A DNA stretch of 24,887 bases from an uncultured Verrucomicrobiota bacterium (GTDB lineage Bacteria > Verrucomicrobiota > Kiritimatiellia > JAAZAB01), in NCBI GenBank assembly GCA_964624095.1, contig CAZUYI010000001.1, positions 1-24,887 on the forward strand, in the 5' to 3' direction. The notes beneath the pieces are model-generated. The model was not told the DNA's origin, did no database searches, and saw only the letters and a program-made list of their open reading frames with translations. Below, in pieces: positions 7,642 to 17,002 of this stretch. The position numbers were made by a program, and so were the translations under genes. Position 1 is the stretch's first letter; each line of letters starts with the position of its first letter.

Positions 7642-8358
7642 ATGAACCTGCTGCTCCTGTTTCCGGATGACATCGAGCCGGGCGCCGCCCGCGCGTGCAT
7701 CGATGGACGGCGCCTGGCCGACCTGCTCGCCAGCCGCCCGTTCGCGCGCGGCGACCGGCTCCGGGTCGGCCTGGCCGGCGGCCGGCTGGGTACGGGCCGT
7801 GTCACGCAGGTCGAGGCGCGCCGGCTGTGGCTGGATCTCGACCTGGACGAGGATCCACCCGCCCCGCTGCCGGTCACCCTGGTACTGGCGCTGCCGCGGC
7901 CCAAGGCGCTCCGGCGGATCGTGTCCGCCATCGCGTCCCTGGGCGTGAAGCGCCTGTACCTGGTCCACGGTCACCGGGTGGACAAGGCATACTGGAAGAG
8001 CCCGCTGCTGGACGCGCCGGCCATCCGCGACGCCCTGGTATCGGGCCTGGAGCAGGCGGGCGATACGGTCCTGCCGCAGGTCGAACTGCGGCGCCGGTTC
8101 AAGCCGTTCGCCGAGGACGAGCTACCGGCCCTGGCACGCGGAGCGCGCGCGCTGGCGGCCCAACCCGATGCGACCCGGCCCTGCCCGCGCTATGCCCCGG
8201 GCCGCACGGTGCTCGCCATCGGGCCGGAAGGCGGGTTCGTGCCCTTCGAACTCGAGCTGCTGGCCCGGGCGGGCTTCGAGCCCGTCACGCTCGGTCCGAG
8301 AATGCTGCGCGTCGAGACGGCCGTATCCGCCCTGCTCGGACGGTTGGGCGGACCGTGA
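7642..8358 (+). CDS. rsmE: 16S rRNA (uracil-1498-N3)-methyltransferase RsmE (238 aa)
   Basis: SPOUT motifs LAIGPEGGFVPFE and LGPRMLRVETA, LALPRPK, and a PUA-like N-terminal part. GGAGG precedes ATG 7642. Confidence 0.92.
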   Translation: MNLLLLFPDDIEPGAARACIDGRRLADLLASRPFARGDRLRVGLAGGRLGTGRVTQVEARRLWLDLDLDEDPPAPLPVTLVLALPRPKALRRIVSAIASLGVKRLYLVHGHRVDKAYWKSPLLDAPAIRDALVSGLEQAGDTVLPQVELRRRFKPFAEDELPALARGARALAAQPDATRPCPRYAPGRTVLAIGPEGGFVPFELELLARAGFEPVTLGPRMLRVETAVSALLGRLGGP

Positions 8359-8367
8359 CCGGACCGG

Positions 8368-9156
8368 TCAGGGCTCGCTCGAAGGCGGCAGCCAGGAATT
8401 CCGGATCCGGTCGAGGGTCCCGTTGGTCTTCCACTCCGCCAGCAGCCGGTTGACCTCCGCCAGCAGCGCGGCATCCGTTTTCTTCGCGCCGGCGGCCATT
8501 TCCTGGCGGGGCGTCGGCAGCGGCACGGCGGTCAGCTCGGCCTCGTTTTCCGAGGCCAGCCAGATCACGATGGGCGTGTCGTGGATGTAAATGTCCACCA
8601 TCCGCGCACAGAGCGCCTGGGCCCCTTCGTCCGGATTCAGCCAGCCCACGCTGGCGGCATTGCGACAGACTTGCTGGGCAAGCATGTCGCCAGTGGTCTT
8701 CTTCTGCACGGCAAAGTGGGCGTTGGCCGTCAGCAGGTCCTTGGCGGCGCCGAACCGGGCCAGGTCCGCCCGCCGGATCAAGGCGCTTTGCCCCTGCAGC
8801 AGGTAGGGATCGGAAAACGCGATCCGCACCCGGCGCTCGTCGGTAATCGTCATGCCCGACATGATCAGGTCGGTCTTACCGTCGAGCAGGGCGGTGATTT
8901 GGAGCTCCCAGGGCAGTTCGACGAACTGCAGCGGGCGCCCCATCGCCCGGGCCAGTTCGCGCGCCAGGTCGGCCTCGATGCCCCGGATGTCGTTACCCTG
9001 CTTGAAGATGATCGGCGGGCTGTCTGGCGTTACGCCGATGCGCAGCGGCGCCGGCCGGCCACCCATCAGGCTGGGGCCGGTCCGGCACCCGGCCAGCATC
9101 AAGCCGACGATGGCCCAGCCCGCCGCTCTCCACCAACATCGTGCGCTCTCGTGCAT
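8368..9156 (-). CDS. Amino-acid ABC-type substrate-binding lipoprotein (SBP family 3, 262 aa)
   Basis: Lipobox LAGC, LRIGVTPDSPPIIF, GIEADLA, LLDGKTDLIMSGMTITDERR and FSDPY. ATG 9156 follows AAGGCGG. Confidence 0.88.
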   Translation of the reverse strand: MHESARCWWRAAGWAIVGLMLAGCRTGPSLMGGRPAPLRIGVTPDSPPIIFKQGNDIRGIEADLARELARAMGRPLQFVELPWELQITALLDGKTDLIMSGMTITDERRVRIAFSDPYLLQGQSALIRRADLARFGAAKDLLTANAHFAVQKKTTGDMLAQQVCRNAASVGWLNPDEGAQALCARMVDIYIHDTPIVIWLASENEAELTAVPLPTPRQEMAAGAKKTDAALLAEVNRLLAEWKTNGTLDRIRNSWLPPSSEP

Positions 9157-9278
9157 GGATGCCGCCTTTCTGTATCCGTAACGACCGGGTGCCTCCCGGG
9201 CTCCGTCTATCCTATCGCGGCGCGGAGCCGAATCAACCGAAAAAGCGCGCTCCCGTTCGCGGCGGGCGGACTTCGCGC

Positions 9279-9306
9279 TTGCCAATCGCCGGCGCCCGTG
9301 GACAAT
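9279..9306 (+). promoter_or_regulatory. Possible sigma70 promoter for the M20 peptidase gene
   Basis: TTGCCA-N16-GACAAT, about 35 nt upstream of ATG 9342. Confidence 0.3.
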
Positions 9307-9341
9307 GTCCCGTCCCGCACCCTCAGGAAAGGATCTGCGCC

Positions 9342-10709
9342 ATGCCCCTCCACTCCTCCGCTGCGCTCAGCCGCGTGTTCGACTGGATCAGCAACCATCG
9401 CGAGGCATGCCTGGAGCGGCTGGTCCGGTACGTGGCCCAGCCGAGCATCAGCGCCACGGGCGAAGGCGTGCTGGATACGGCCGAGTATATCGCCGGCGAG
9501 GCGGCCCGCATCGGCCTTGCGGCGCGCCCGTTCCCCACGGGCGGCTGGCCGACGATCCTGGCGCAGCGCACCGATGCGCCCGGGGCGCCGACCATCCTCT
9601 TCTATGGGCATTACGACGTGCAGCCGGCCGACCCGCTCGGCGAGTGGACGTCGCCGCCCTTCGAGCCGGCCGTGCGCGGCGGGCGGCTGTACGGGCGCGG
9701 GGTATCGGACAACAAGGGCCAGCACCTGGCCGTGTTGATGGGCCTCGAAGCCTGGCTGGCCTGCCACGGCCGGCTGCCCTGCAACGTTACGGTGCTGCTC
9801 GAAGGCGAGGAAGAAATCGGGAGCCCGCACCTGGCGGAATTCGTCCGGGCGCATCGCGATCGGCTGGCGGCCGACGTGGTGGTGATGGTGGATGGATCGG
9901 TCCCCGAAAACGGGCAGCCGAGCCTCGTGTTCGGGGCGCGCGGCATCGCCGGCTTCGAGCTGCGCGTACGGCATGCCGTCCGCGACGTGCACTCGGGCAG
10001 CTACGGGGGCGCCGTGCCCAACCCGCTCTGGACGCTGGTGCACCTGCTGGCGACGATGAAGAACGAGCGCGGCGAGATCACCATCGAGGGGTTCCATGAC
10101 GACATCCGGCCGCTCACCGGGTCGGAACGCAACGCGCTCGCCGCGGCGCCGGCCGATCCCGACGGGCTCCGCGCGGCGCTGGGCCTGGCCCGGCTCGATG
10201 CCCCGGCCGGGCGCCCGTTGAACGAGCGGATCATGGCCTGCCCCACGCTGACGATCAACGGGCTGCACGGCGGGTACGGCGGGCCGGGGCTCAAGACCGT
10301 GCTGCCGCGCGAGGCCCTGGCCAAGTGCGATATGCGCCTCGTGCCGGATCAGACGGTGGCTGGAGTCATGGCCCGGGTCCGCGAGCATGTCGCCCGGCAC
10401 GCGCCCGACGTCGAGGTGCGCCCGCTCGGCGGGATGGACCCGTTGCGGGTGTCCCCGGATTCCCCGATGGCCGAGCGGGTCCGCGGCGCCCTCCGCGCGG
10501 CCCACGGGGTCGAGCCGCTGTCGCTCCTGTCGCTGGGCGGCAGTCTGCCCGGCTATGTGTTTGCCGGCGCGCTGGGCATTCCGGTCTTCATCCTGCCCTG
10601 CGCCAACGCCGATGCAAAGGGCCATGCCCCGGATGAGAACCTGGAACTCGAGTGGTTTTCCCGCGGCATGCGTGCCGCGGCCGCACTCGTGGCGGCACTG
10701 CCCGGCTGA
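9342..10709 (+). CDS. M20/M25/M40 family metallopeptidase (dipeptidase / ArgE-DapE-like, 455 aa)
   Basis: Metal-binding motifs YGHYDVQP, GRGVSDNKG, EGEEEIGS, VDG and HAPDEN, plus a dimerisation insert with DMRLVPDQ. AAGGA precedes ATG 9342. Confidence 0.92.
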   Translation: MPLHSSAALSRVFDWISNHREACLERLVRYVAQPSISATGEGVLDTAEYIAGEAARIGLAARPFPTGGWPTILAQRTDAPGAPTILFYGHYDVQPADPLGEWTSPPFEPAVRGGRLYGRGVSDNKGQHLAVLMGLEAWLACHGRLPCNVTVLLEGEEEIGSPHLAEFVRAHRDRLAADVVVMVDGSVPENGQPSLVFGARGIAGFELRVRHAVRDVHSGSYGGAVPNPLWTLVHLLATMKNERGEITIEGFHDDIRPLTGSERNALAAAPADPDGLRAALGLARLDAPAGRPLNERIMACPTLTINGLHGGYGGPGLKTVLPREALAKCDMRLVPDQTVAGVMARVREHVARHAPDVEVRPLGGMDPLRVSPDSPMAERVRGALRAAHGVEPLSLLSLGGSLPGYVFAGALGIPVFILPCANADAKGHAPDENLELEWFSRGMRAAAALVAALPG

Positions 10710-10748
10710 CCCGCGCCGCCCCCCGTCCCGTCCGGCCGGCGCCGCCGT

Positions 10749-11786
10749 TCAGGCGGCGCCCGGTCCGCCGCCCAGGGCATCGCCCACGAACGCGCGCAGG
10801 TCGCGCGCCGTGCGGAATTCGGCCAGCGCGGTCACCGAGATCAGCTCGGATCCCGCCAGGCGCCGGCCCTCCAGGCGGGCGGCCCCGATGGTTTCCAACT
10901 CGAAGGCGGCCATGTCAGGATCGGAATTGAAGATGCTGTAGGCGTCGGCCGCCGAACGGGGCCCGCCCGGCTGGTCATTGTCGGCGATATTGAAATACAG
11001 GCCGCCGGCCGGGCCGGCGTTCCAGCGCAGCACCAGCAGGCGCCGCGACAGATCATAGCAGCCAATGAAGCGCGCCTCGGCGGCCTGCCGGATGCCGATC
11101 TGGCCCTTCTTGCGGCCGTCCACCCGGTACGTGAAGCCGCGCGGATAAAACGCCAGCCGCTCGCGCGGCGGGTCGTAATAGGCCTCGTTGATCGCGGCCT
11201 CCGGCTCGTCCACGGCCGCGAAGGCCACCGTTTCGTCACAGGCGTCAAACTGCTCGAGGGTCCACGCGGCCAGCAGCGCGGACTCCGCGTCCACCGTATT
11301 CAGCACCGTGAAGCGGTCGGTCGTCCGGTACGCCAGCCCCGCCGCGAGTTCCCCGGCCGGCAGGCCGGGCGGTGGGCCGGGCAGCCGCTCGAACAGCCGT
11401 TCCATGCGCGTCGCAACATGGACGCCGGCACGGTTGACCAGCTCGATGGTCTTGGCGAGCCGCGCGCCGTCCGACCCTGCAACCTCCACGGTAAACGGCT
11501 CGCGGTTGATCGCCGGCTGCACGTACCACTCGGTCCCCCGATAATTGAAGCCCAGCGGGCCTCCCTCCGGGGCCGGCCAGACATTGCAGCCGCCGTAATT
11601 GGCGAACGGCTGGTCCGGCCGGCGCACCGCCGCCAGGTCAAGGCGGTGCATGGAATGCCCGTTCAACTCGGCAAACACCCGGCCGCCCATGTCGGGGCAA
11701 AGCAGGTAGGCCGCGCCGGGCGACCCGAAGAGCAGGGCCGCCGCCCCCTTGAAGGACGCCAGGTCTCGAAAGGCTTGATCCGCCAT
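10749..11786 (-). CDS. Conserved hypothetical protein, DUF6786-like (possibly galactose-mutarotase-like beta-sandwich; 345 aa)
   Basis: Motifs CPDMGGRVF, NYGGCNVWPAPEGG, LLAAWTLEQF and FELETIG resemble DUF6786 proteins as I recall them. No signal peptide. GGAGA precedes ATG 11786. Confidence 0.55.
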   Translation of the reverse strand: MADQAFRDLASFKGAAALLFGSPGAAYLLCPDMGGRVFAELNGHSMHRLDLAAVRRPDQPFANYGGCNVWPAPEGGPLGFNYRGTEWYVQPAINREPFTVEVAGSDGARLAKTIELVNRAGVHVATRMERLFERLPGPPPGLPAGELAAGLAYRTTDRFTVLNTVDAESALLAAWTLEQFDACDETVAFAAVDEPEAAINEAYYDPPRERLAFYPRGFTYRVDGRKKGQIGIRQAAEARFIGCYDLSRRLLVLRWNAGPAGGLYFNIADNDQPGGPRSAADAYSIFNSDPDMAAFELETIGAARLEGRRLAGSELISVTALAEFRTARDLRAFVGDALGGGPGAA

Positions 11787-11843
11787 GAGGTGTCTCCCGG
11801 AGCCTGACCCGGCGGCGCGGCGCGGGCCCGGCTCGCGCACGGG

Positions 11844-13277
11844 TCAACGGCCGGCGCCGGACTCCGTGCCGGGGCGTTTCGGGGCGGCGGCGGGGTGCGC
11901 AGGACCGGCGGACTCCGTCATCCGGCCCAGGAAATCGGGCAGCTCGACTCCGGCCATGGAGGCGACATCCTGGAGCGGGGGCACGCTCTTGATCAGGCTG
12001 GACACGAAATTGGCCGTCGAGGAGCCCTTGCCCCCGCTCGCGGAGTCCCAGACGGTGATCTTGTCTATCTTGAGATTGCGGATGGCGTCCACCTGCCGGG
12101 CCACCACCTGCTCCAGTTTCTCCACCATCAGGAACGTGGCCGCGGCCTTGGCGTCGCCGTTGCAGCTCCGGACCAGCGAGGCGTAGCCCGCCGCCTTGCT
12201 ATCGAGCACCTGCCGCACGCCCTTGGCTTCCGCCTCGTAGTTCAGCAGGATGCCGTCGGCGTGCCCTTTCGCCTCGCGCCGGATCCGCTCGGCTTCCGCT
12301 TCGGCGGAAATCTCGATCGAGCGCTTGTCTATTTCCTTGCGGACGATCTGCTCGGCGTTCAGGCGCTCCTGCTCGGCCAGGTACTGCGCTTTCTGAATCT
12401 GCGCCTGCGCCTCGCGCTTCGCGACCTCCGCCTTCTGCATGGCGGCTGCCTGCTTCACGGCCAGCAGGGCGTTGGAATCCGCGATGTCCGCCTTGGCCGT
12501 GTTCTCCCCGCCCACCGCCTGGGCTTCCTGGCCCTGGACGTAAATGCGCTGGTCGGCCTCGGCTTTCTTCTTGCCCTTCTCGGCGGCGGCCATGTTTTCC
12601 GCCACCCGCACGGTCTGCTCGCGGGTCGCCTCGGCGTGCCCGATCGCCCCCACCTTGTCCTGCTCGGCCACGTCCACCTTCGCCCGGTTGATCGCTTCCG
12701 AGGCGGCCTTCTTCCCGATGCTCTCGATGTAGGCGGATTCGTCGGTGATGTCCGTGATGTTGACGTTGATCAGGTACAGCCCGATCTTGTTCAGTTCCGG
12801 CTCGACGTTCTTGCGGATGGACTCCAGGAAACTTTCCCGGTCCTGGTTGATCTGCTCGATCGTGAGCGAGGCCACGGTCAGGCGCAGCTGGCCGAAGATG
12901 ATTTCCTTGGCCATACCCTCGATGTCGGTGCTCTTCAGGCCCAGCAGCCGCTCGGCGGCGTTCAGCATGATGGCCGGGTCTATGCTGATGCCGACGGTAA
13001 AGGTCGAGGGAACGTTGATTCGGATGTTCTGCATCGACAGCGCGTTCTGGAGCGGGATGCTGATGGTCATCGGCGTCAGGCTCAGGTAGGCGTAATCCTG
13101 GATGAGCGGCCAGACCATCGTGCCGCCGCCGTGCATGCAGCGCGCGGACCGGTTGTCGGCCACTTTCCCGTAAATCACCAGGATGCGGTCGGACGGGCAG
13201 CGCTTGTACCGCGCGGCCAGGAACATGACGGTCGAGAACACCAGGATCACGAAGGCCAGGACAACAATGGGCATCAT
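11844..13277 (-). CDS. Flotillin / SPFH (band 7) domain membrane protein (477 aa)
   Basis: N-terminal TM helix, RYKRCPSDRILVIYGK, SPFH core (IFGQLRLTVASLTIEQINQDRESF...IGLYLINVNITDITD), an A/E/K-rich coiled coil, and KIDKITVWD. The ATG overlaps the upstream TGA. Confidence 0.93.
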   Translation of the reverse strand: MMPIVVLAFVILVFSTVMFLAARYKRCPSDRILVIYGKVADNRSARCMHGGGTMVWPLIQDYAYLSLTPMTISIPLQNALSMQNIRINVPSTFTVGISIDPAIMLNAAERLLGLKSTDIEGMAKEIIFGQLRLTVASLTIEQINQDRESFLESIRKNVEPELNKIGLYLINVNITDITDESAYIESIGKKAASEAINRAKVDVAEQDKVGAIGHAEATREQTVRVAENMAAAEKGKKKAEADQRIYVQGQEAQAVGGENTAKADIADSNALLAVKQAAAMQKAEVAKREAQAQIQKAQYLAEQERLNAEQIVRKEIDKRSIEISAEAEAERIRREAKGHADGILLNYEAEAKGVRQVLDSKAAGYASLVRSCNGDAKAAATFLMVEKLEQVVARQVDAIRNLKIDKITVWDSASGGKGSSTANFVSSLIKSVPPLQDVASMAGVELPDFLGRMTESAGPAHPAAAPKRPGTESGAGR

Positions 13278-13864
13278 GACGCATCTCCCCGCGGCTCGTT
13301 CCGGACCGGTTCCACCCACAGCAGATTCCCACCCGTGACGCGCACGACCCGGATGCGGGTTCCCGTCTCGAGGACGGCTCCGTCGGTCGCGGCGCTCAGC
13401 ACCCGGAGCTGGCCCTGGACGGTCACGCGCACCTGGCCGCTCTTGCCCGGGGCCACGGGCAGGTACACCTCGCCTTCCTGCCCGACGGCCTGCTCCAGGC
13501 GCAGGGTGCCGTCCGATTGCAGCTTCTTCATGCCCGTAAAAATTCGGGCAATCACCCAGACCGTGAAGAGGCCCGCCGCCAGCCCGCCCACCACCGGCCA
13601 GACGGGGCCCCACCCGCCCTGCCGCGACAGCGCCAGCGAGGCCAGCCCGAACATCATGAAGAAGGCCGTCAGGCCCTGTAGCGACAGCACCTTGAAACTC
13701 GCGTCGGCGTCCTCGTGCACGTCGCCGGCGTCCCCATCCGCGCCCGCCTCGCCGTGCCCGGCGACCAGCAGGACGGTGCGCAGCAGGAACAGGGCCGCCC
13801 CGAAGACGGCGCAGCCCGCATAAATCTGCTCGACCCGCGTCAGCGATTCCAGAAAGGCGTTCAT
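13274..13864 (-). CDS. NfeD-like membrane protein (flotillin partner, 196 aa)
   Basis: Three hydrophobic segments plus an OB-fold C-terminus (VGQEGEVYLPVAPGKSGQVRVTVQGQLRVLSA...TGTRIRVVRV). Strong GGAGGGGAG RBS. Directly upstream of flotillin. Confidence 0.88.
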   Translation of the reverse strand: MNAFLESLTRVEQIYAGCAVFGAALFLLRTVLLVAGHGEAGADGDAGDVHEDADASFKVLSLQGLTAFFMMFGLASLALSRQGGWGPVWPVVGGLAAGLFTVWVIARIFTGMKKLQSDGTLRLEQAVGQEGEVYLPVAPGKSGQVRVTVQGQLRVLSAATDGAVLETGTRIRVVRVTGGNLLWVEPVRNEPRGDAS

Positions 13865-13913
13865 GGCTCCCCTCCCGCTCGGACCCCCCGCCTCATCGTC
13901 ATACCTGGCTCGG

Positions 13914-13943
13914 ACCTTAGCCCGTCCCGCGGTTCGATGTCAA
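13914..13943 (-). promoter_or_regulatory. Candidate sigma70 promoter for the NfeD-flotillin operon
   Basis: Minus strand reads TTGACA (13943-13938)-N18-TAAGGT (13919-13914). Confidence 0.5.
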
Positions 13944-13960
13944 CAGGAATCGGAAAGGGC

Positions 13961-13989
13961 TTGACATCGTACGCGCATCGCGACACGGT
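13961..13989 (+). promoter_or_regulatory. Candidate sigma70 promoter for the M42 peptidase gene (perfect -35, weak -10)
   Basis: TTGACA (13961-13966)-N17-CACGGT. Confidence 0.35.
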
Positions 13990-14053
13990 ACGCCACCGTG
14001 TGGGTGACCTTCGGCGCGTGACGGACGGAGTATTTGCCTGGTGGAGGAGTGGA

Positions 14054-15121
14054 ATGAATCATTTCAAGCTGCTGAAACAGTTGTGCGAAATGCCCGGCCT
14101 CAGCGGATTCGAGGACGAGGTCCGCGCCCTGGTCGCCCGGGAACTTAAGCCGTTCGTCCACGACCTCCGCGTGGACGCCATGGGCAACCTGGTGGCCCGC
14201 AAACGGGGCCGGACCTCCGCCGCGCTCAAGGTCATGATTTCGGCCCACATGGACGAACTGGGATTCCTGGTCACCCACATTGATGACCATGGATTCCTCC
14301 GCCTGGATCGGAGCGGCGGCGTGGATATCGCCTCGATGCCCGGCCGGCCGGTCACGATCTGCGGCGCCAAAAAGCTGAACGCGGTCATCGGCGCCCGCGC
14401 GCTGAGCCCGCTGGGCGATGACAGGAAAAGCAAGCCGGCGGGGCCCGACGAACTCTTCGTGGACACCGGGCTGCCTGCCCGGGCGGTGAAACGGCATGTC
14501 GAAGTCGGCACGCCGGTGGTCATGCGCCAGGAGTGCGTCGAGATAGGCGGCCTGGTCTGCGGTAAGGCCATGGACGACCGGGTGGGCGTGTTCTGCATGA
14601 TCGAAGCGGCGCGCGCGCTCGCGCGCACCGAGTTCGACGTCTACTTCGTCGGCTCCTCCCAGGAGGAAGTCGGCCTGCGCGGCGCGGGGCCGGGCGCCTT
14701 CGGGATTACGCCGGATATCGGCATCGCGCTGGATGTCACGCGGTCCATGGATGTGCCCGGCGTGGCCGCCCAGAACCATGTCGCGGCGCTCGGCCGCGGC
14801 GTGGCGATCAAGATCAAGGACTCCGGAAGCCTGGCCCATCCCGGGCTGGTCCGGTGTTTCCGGGAGCTGGCAACAAAGAAAAAAATCCGGCACCAGCTCG
14901 AAGTCCTGCCGCTCGGCGCAACCGATGCGGCGGCCATTCAGCGTACCGGCGCGGGCATCCCGGCGATCACGCTCAGCATCCCCACCCGCTATGTCCATTC
15001 CACGGTCGAAACCTGCCATCCGGACGATATCGAGGCGGCCATCCGGTTGCTGACCGCGTTCCTGGAAACGGGCCATGCCTGGGCCGCATCGCTGCGGACG
15101 GGGACGTCGGCGCCGGTTTGA
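14054..15121 (+). CDS. M42 family metallo-aminopeptidase (TET/FrvX-like, 355 aa)
   Basis: PGLSGFEDEVR, DAMGNL, SAHMDELG, KAMDDRVG, QEEVGLRGA, IALDVT and IPTRYVHS carry the expected metal ligands. GGAGGAG precedes ATG 14054. Confidence 0.93.
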   Translation: MNHFKLLKQLCEMPGLSGFEDEVRALVARELKPFVHDLRVDAMGNLVARKRGRTSAALKVMISAHMDELGFLVTHIDDHGFLRLDRSGGVDIASMPGRPVTICGAKKLNAVIGARALSPLGDDRKSKPAGPDELFVDTGLPARAVKRHVEVGTPVVMRQECVEIGGLVCGKAMDDRVGVFCMIEAARALARTEFDVYFVGSSQEEVGLRGAGPGAFGITPDIGIALDVTRSMDVPGVAAQNHVAALGRGVAIKIKDSGSLAHPGLVRCFRELATKKKIRHQLEVLPLGATDAAAIQRTGAGIPAITLSIPTRYVHSTVETCHPDDIEAAIRLLTAFLETGHAWAASLRTGTSAPV

Positions 15122-15271
15122 TCGCAAGCCCGGGCCGCGGCTGCACGGCCCGATCCCCCGGATCGGACCGGGGATAAGCGAAAGACCCTGCCCCCCCTCG
15201 ATCATCCAGGCGAACCGGATCGGCGCCTGGCGCGGCACGCGCGGTGACAGAACGGACTGGGAGATAACCCC

Positions 15272-16957
15272 ATGGTGACGTTGCACAGGCTAGCCGGATT
15301 TGCGGGCGCAACCTGGATGTGCGTGGCGATGAGCCTCGTCGGCGGGCGTCCCGGCAGGGCGGCGCCGGAGGCCGCGGGCGGAACGCCCGCCGCGGCCGCC
15401 GTGCTCGATGCCGGGTCTTTCCGTTCCGAACGGTCCATGTCCGGCGGCATTCAGGAGGCCATGGACGCCTTGCCCCCGGAGGGCGGCGCCGTCCTGGTCC
15501 CGCCGGGCGTGACGATCCTGCGCCGCCCGATCATCATGAAGCCGAATTCCAGGCTGGTCGGCGCCGGCCGCTCCACGGTGCTGAGGAAAGACGCCGCCTT
15601 CCTGGCGCCGCTGGCGGCGGACGTCAGGCAAGGCCAGGACTTCATTCTCGTCCAGGACCCCGCCCCCTTGCGCGTGGGAGCCTGCCTTGTCCTGGGCGAC
15701 ACCAATAGCTGCCCGATGCTCAGCGACATGGTGATCGTGACGGCGATCGCCGGCACCCGCGTGTCCTTTCAGCACTGCCTGTATCCGGCCAAGCGGACGG
15801 CGCCGCGCGACCTGGCCCGGGTCCATGGCGCCTGCGCGATGAACCTGTTTCCGATGGTGGTGCCCGCCAGGGACACGGGCATCGCGGACCTGGAACTCGA
15901 TGGGAACGGCCTCGAACAGATGCCGGACGATCCCCGGGCGAAGGCCGTCTTCCGCCTGGCGCGCGACAAGCTCGGGGCCGGCCTCTATCCGGCGCAGGGA
16001 ACCGTGGAACGCTGCTGGATTCACGACTGCGTCTATGGGGTGCATGCGAGCGCCTCCGGCCTCGAACTGCGCCAGTGCGAGGTGTACCGCCATCGGGGCG
16101 ACGGGGTCCACCTCGGCGGAGGACCCCACTCGATGATCGTCAACAACCGCATCTATGACAACGGCGCCTCCGGCATCTATTTTTGTTACGCCAACCGGAA
16201 GGTGATCGTCATCGGCAACGAAATCATGCGGAACCACGACGGCATCCACGGCATGGACGACGGCAACCCGGCGCGCGATACCACGGCCGACCGGTGTTCG
16301 ATCATCAGTCAGAACATCATCTACGAAAACGTCTGCGCCGGGATCCGCAACGGCGGCCGCATCGGGCCGCAGGATTTTGTCCTAACGGAAAATATCCTGC
16401 ATAATAATCAGCAGGGCCATGGCTGGCGCGGATTGCCGACCGCCGGCATGCTGCTCTACGGGCCCCAGCGCTGTGTGATTGCCCATAACCGGTCTTACGA
16501 CGACCGCGAGTCCTATCCGCGGTACCTGCTGGCAAAGCCCGTGGCCGCGGGCGCCGCCACGATTCACATCGCGCTGGCCGACCGCAATGTCCACTCGGAG
16601 CCGTACCTGCTGACCAACGACTGGCTGCGGCTCGGCGCCGAGGCCGGGACCAACACCTATACGGTCACGAGTTTCAGCAATCTTACCGCCCGGCTGGATC
16701 GCCCCGTTCCGGCCGACCTGCCGGCGGAAACGCCCGTCACGCGCGTGGCGGCCCAGGCGTGGGGCATTGCCATTCTGGGCAAGGAAGCGCGCGACAACGC
16801 GATCGTCGGCAACGTATGCGTGGGCAATCTGGCCGGCGGCATCCTGGTCGAGGGACTGAGCCACCAGGCGGTCGGCCAGAACGTCGGCCTCGTGGCGGAT
16901 ACAACGGACCCGGCGCTGAAGACCGGCGCTTCTCCAGCGCCCGTAAGCGCGCCGTAG
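15272..16957 (+). CDS. Secreted right-handed parallel beta-helix protein (pectate-lyase-superfamily/NosD-like, 561 aa)
   Basis: Signal-like N-terminus. The cap GIQEAMDALPPEGGAVLVPPG...LVGAGRSTVL is followed by PbH-type repeats (IVNNRIYDNGASGI, IGNEIMRNHDGI, SQNIIYENVCAGI, TENILHNN). GGGAGA RBS. Confidence 0.82.
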   Translation: MVTLHRLAGFAGATWMCVAMSLVGGRPGRAAPEAAGGTPAAAAVLDAGSFRSERSMSGGIQEAMDALPPEGGAVLVPPGVTILRRPIIMKPNSRLVGAGRSTVLRKDAAFLAPLAADVRQGQDFILVQDPAPLRVGACLVLGDTNSCPMLSDMVIVTAIAGTRVSFQHCLYPAKRTAPRDLARVHGACAMNLFPMVVPARDTGIADLELDGNGLEQMPDDPRAKAVFRLARDKLGAGLYPAQGTVERCWIHDCVYGVHASASGLELRQCEVYRHRGDGVHLGGGPHSMIVNNRIYDNGASGIYFCYANRKVIVIGNEIMRNHDGIHGMDDGNPARDTTADRCSIISQNIIYENVCAGIRNGGRIGPQDFVLTENILHNNQQGHGWRGLPTAGMLLYGPQRCVIAHNRSYDDRESYPRYLLAKPVAAGAATIHIALADRNVHSEPYLLTNDWLRLGAEAGTNTYTVTSFSNLTARLDRPVPADLPAETPVTRVAAQAWGIAILGKEARDNAIVGNVCVGNLAGGILVEGLSHQAVGQNVGLVADTTDPALKTGASPAPVSAP

Positions 16958-17002
16958 CATGGCGCTCGGACACGGGCCGGACGCCCAACGGCGCAACGGA
17001 CA

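Noticed and set aside
11895-13823. 642-aa plus-strand ORF, and similar long ORFs at 1483-3075, 3861-5186, 4994-6724, 9207-10625, 13940-15286 and 23839-24867
   Set aside because: These are antisense shadows of well-supported genes. Stop codons are rare in very GC-rich DNA, and the translations have no motifs and are R/G/A/P-biased.
15121-15271. GC hairpins with a repeated CCGGATCGG core as a REP-like repeat or riboswitch
   Set aside because: There are only two short local copies, no recognisable riboswitch consensus, and such stems are expected at this GC content.
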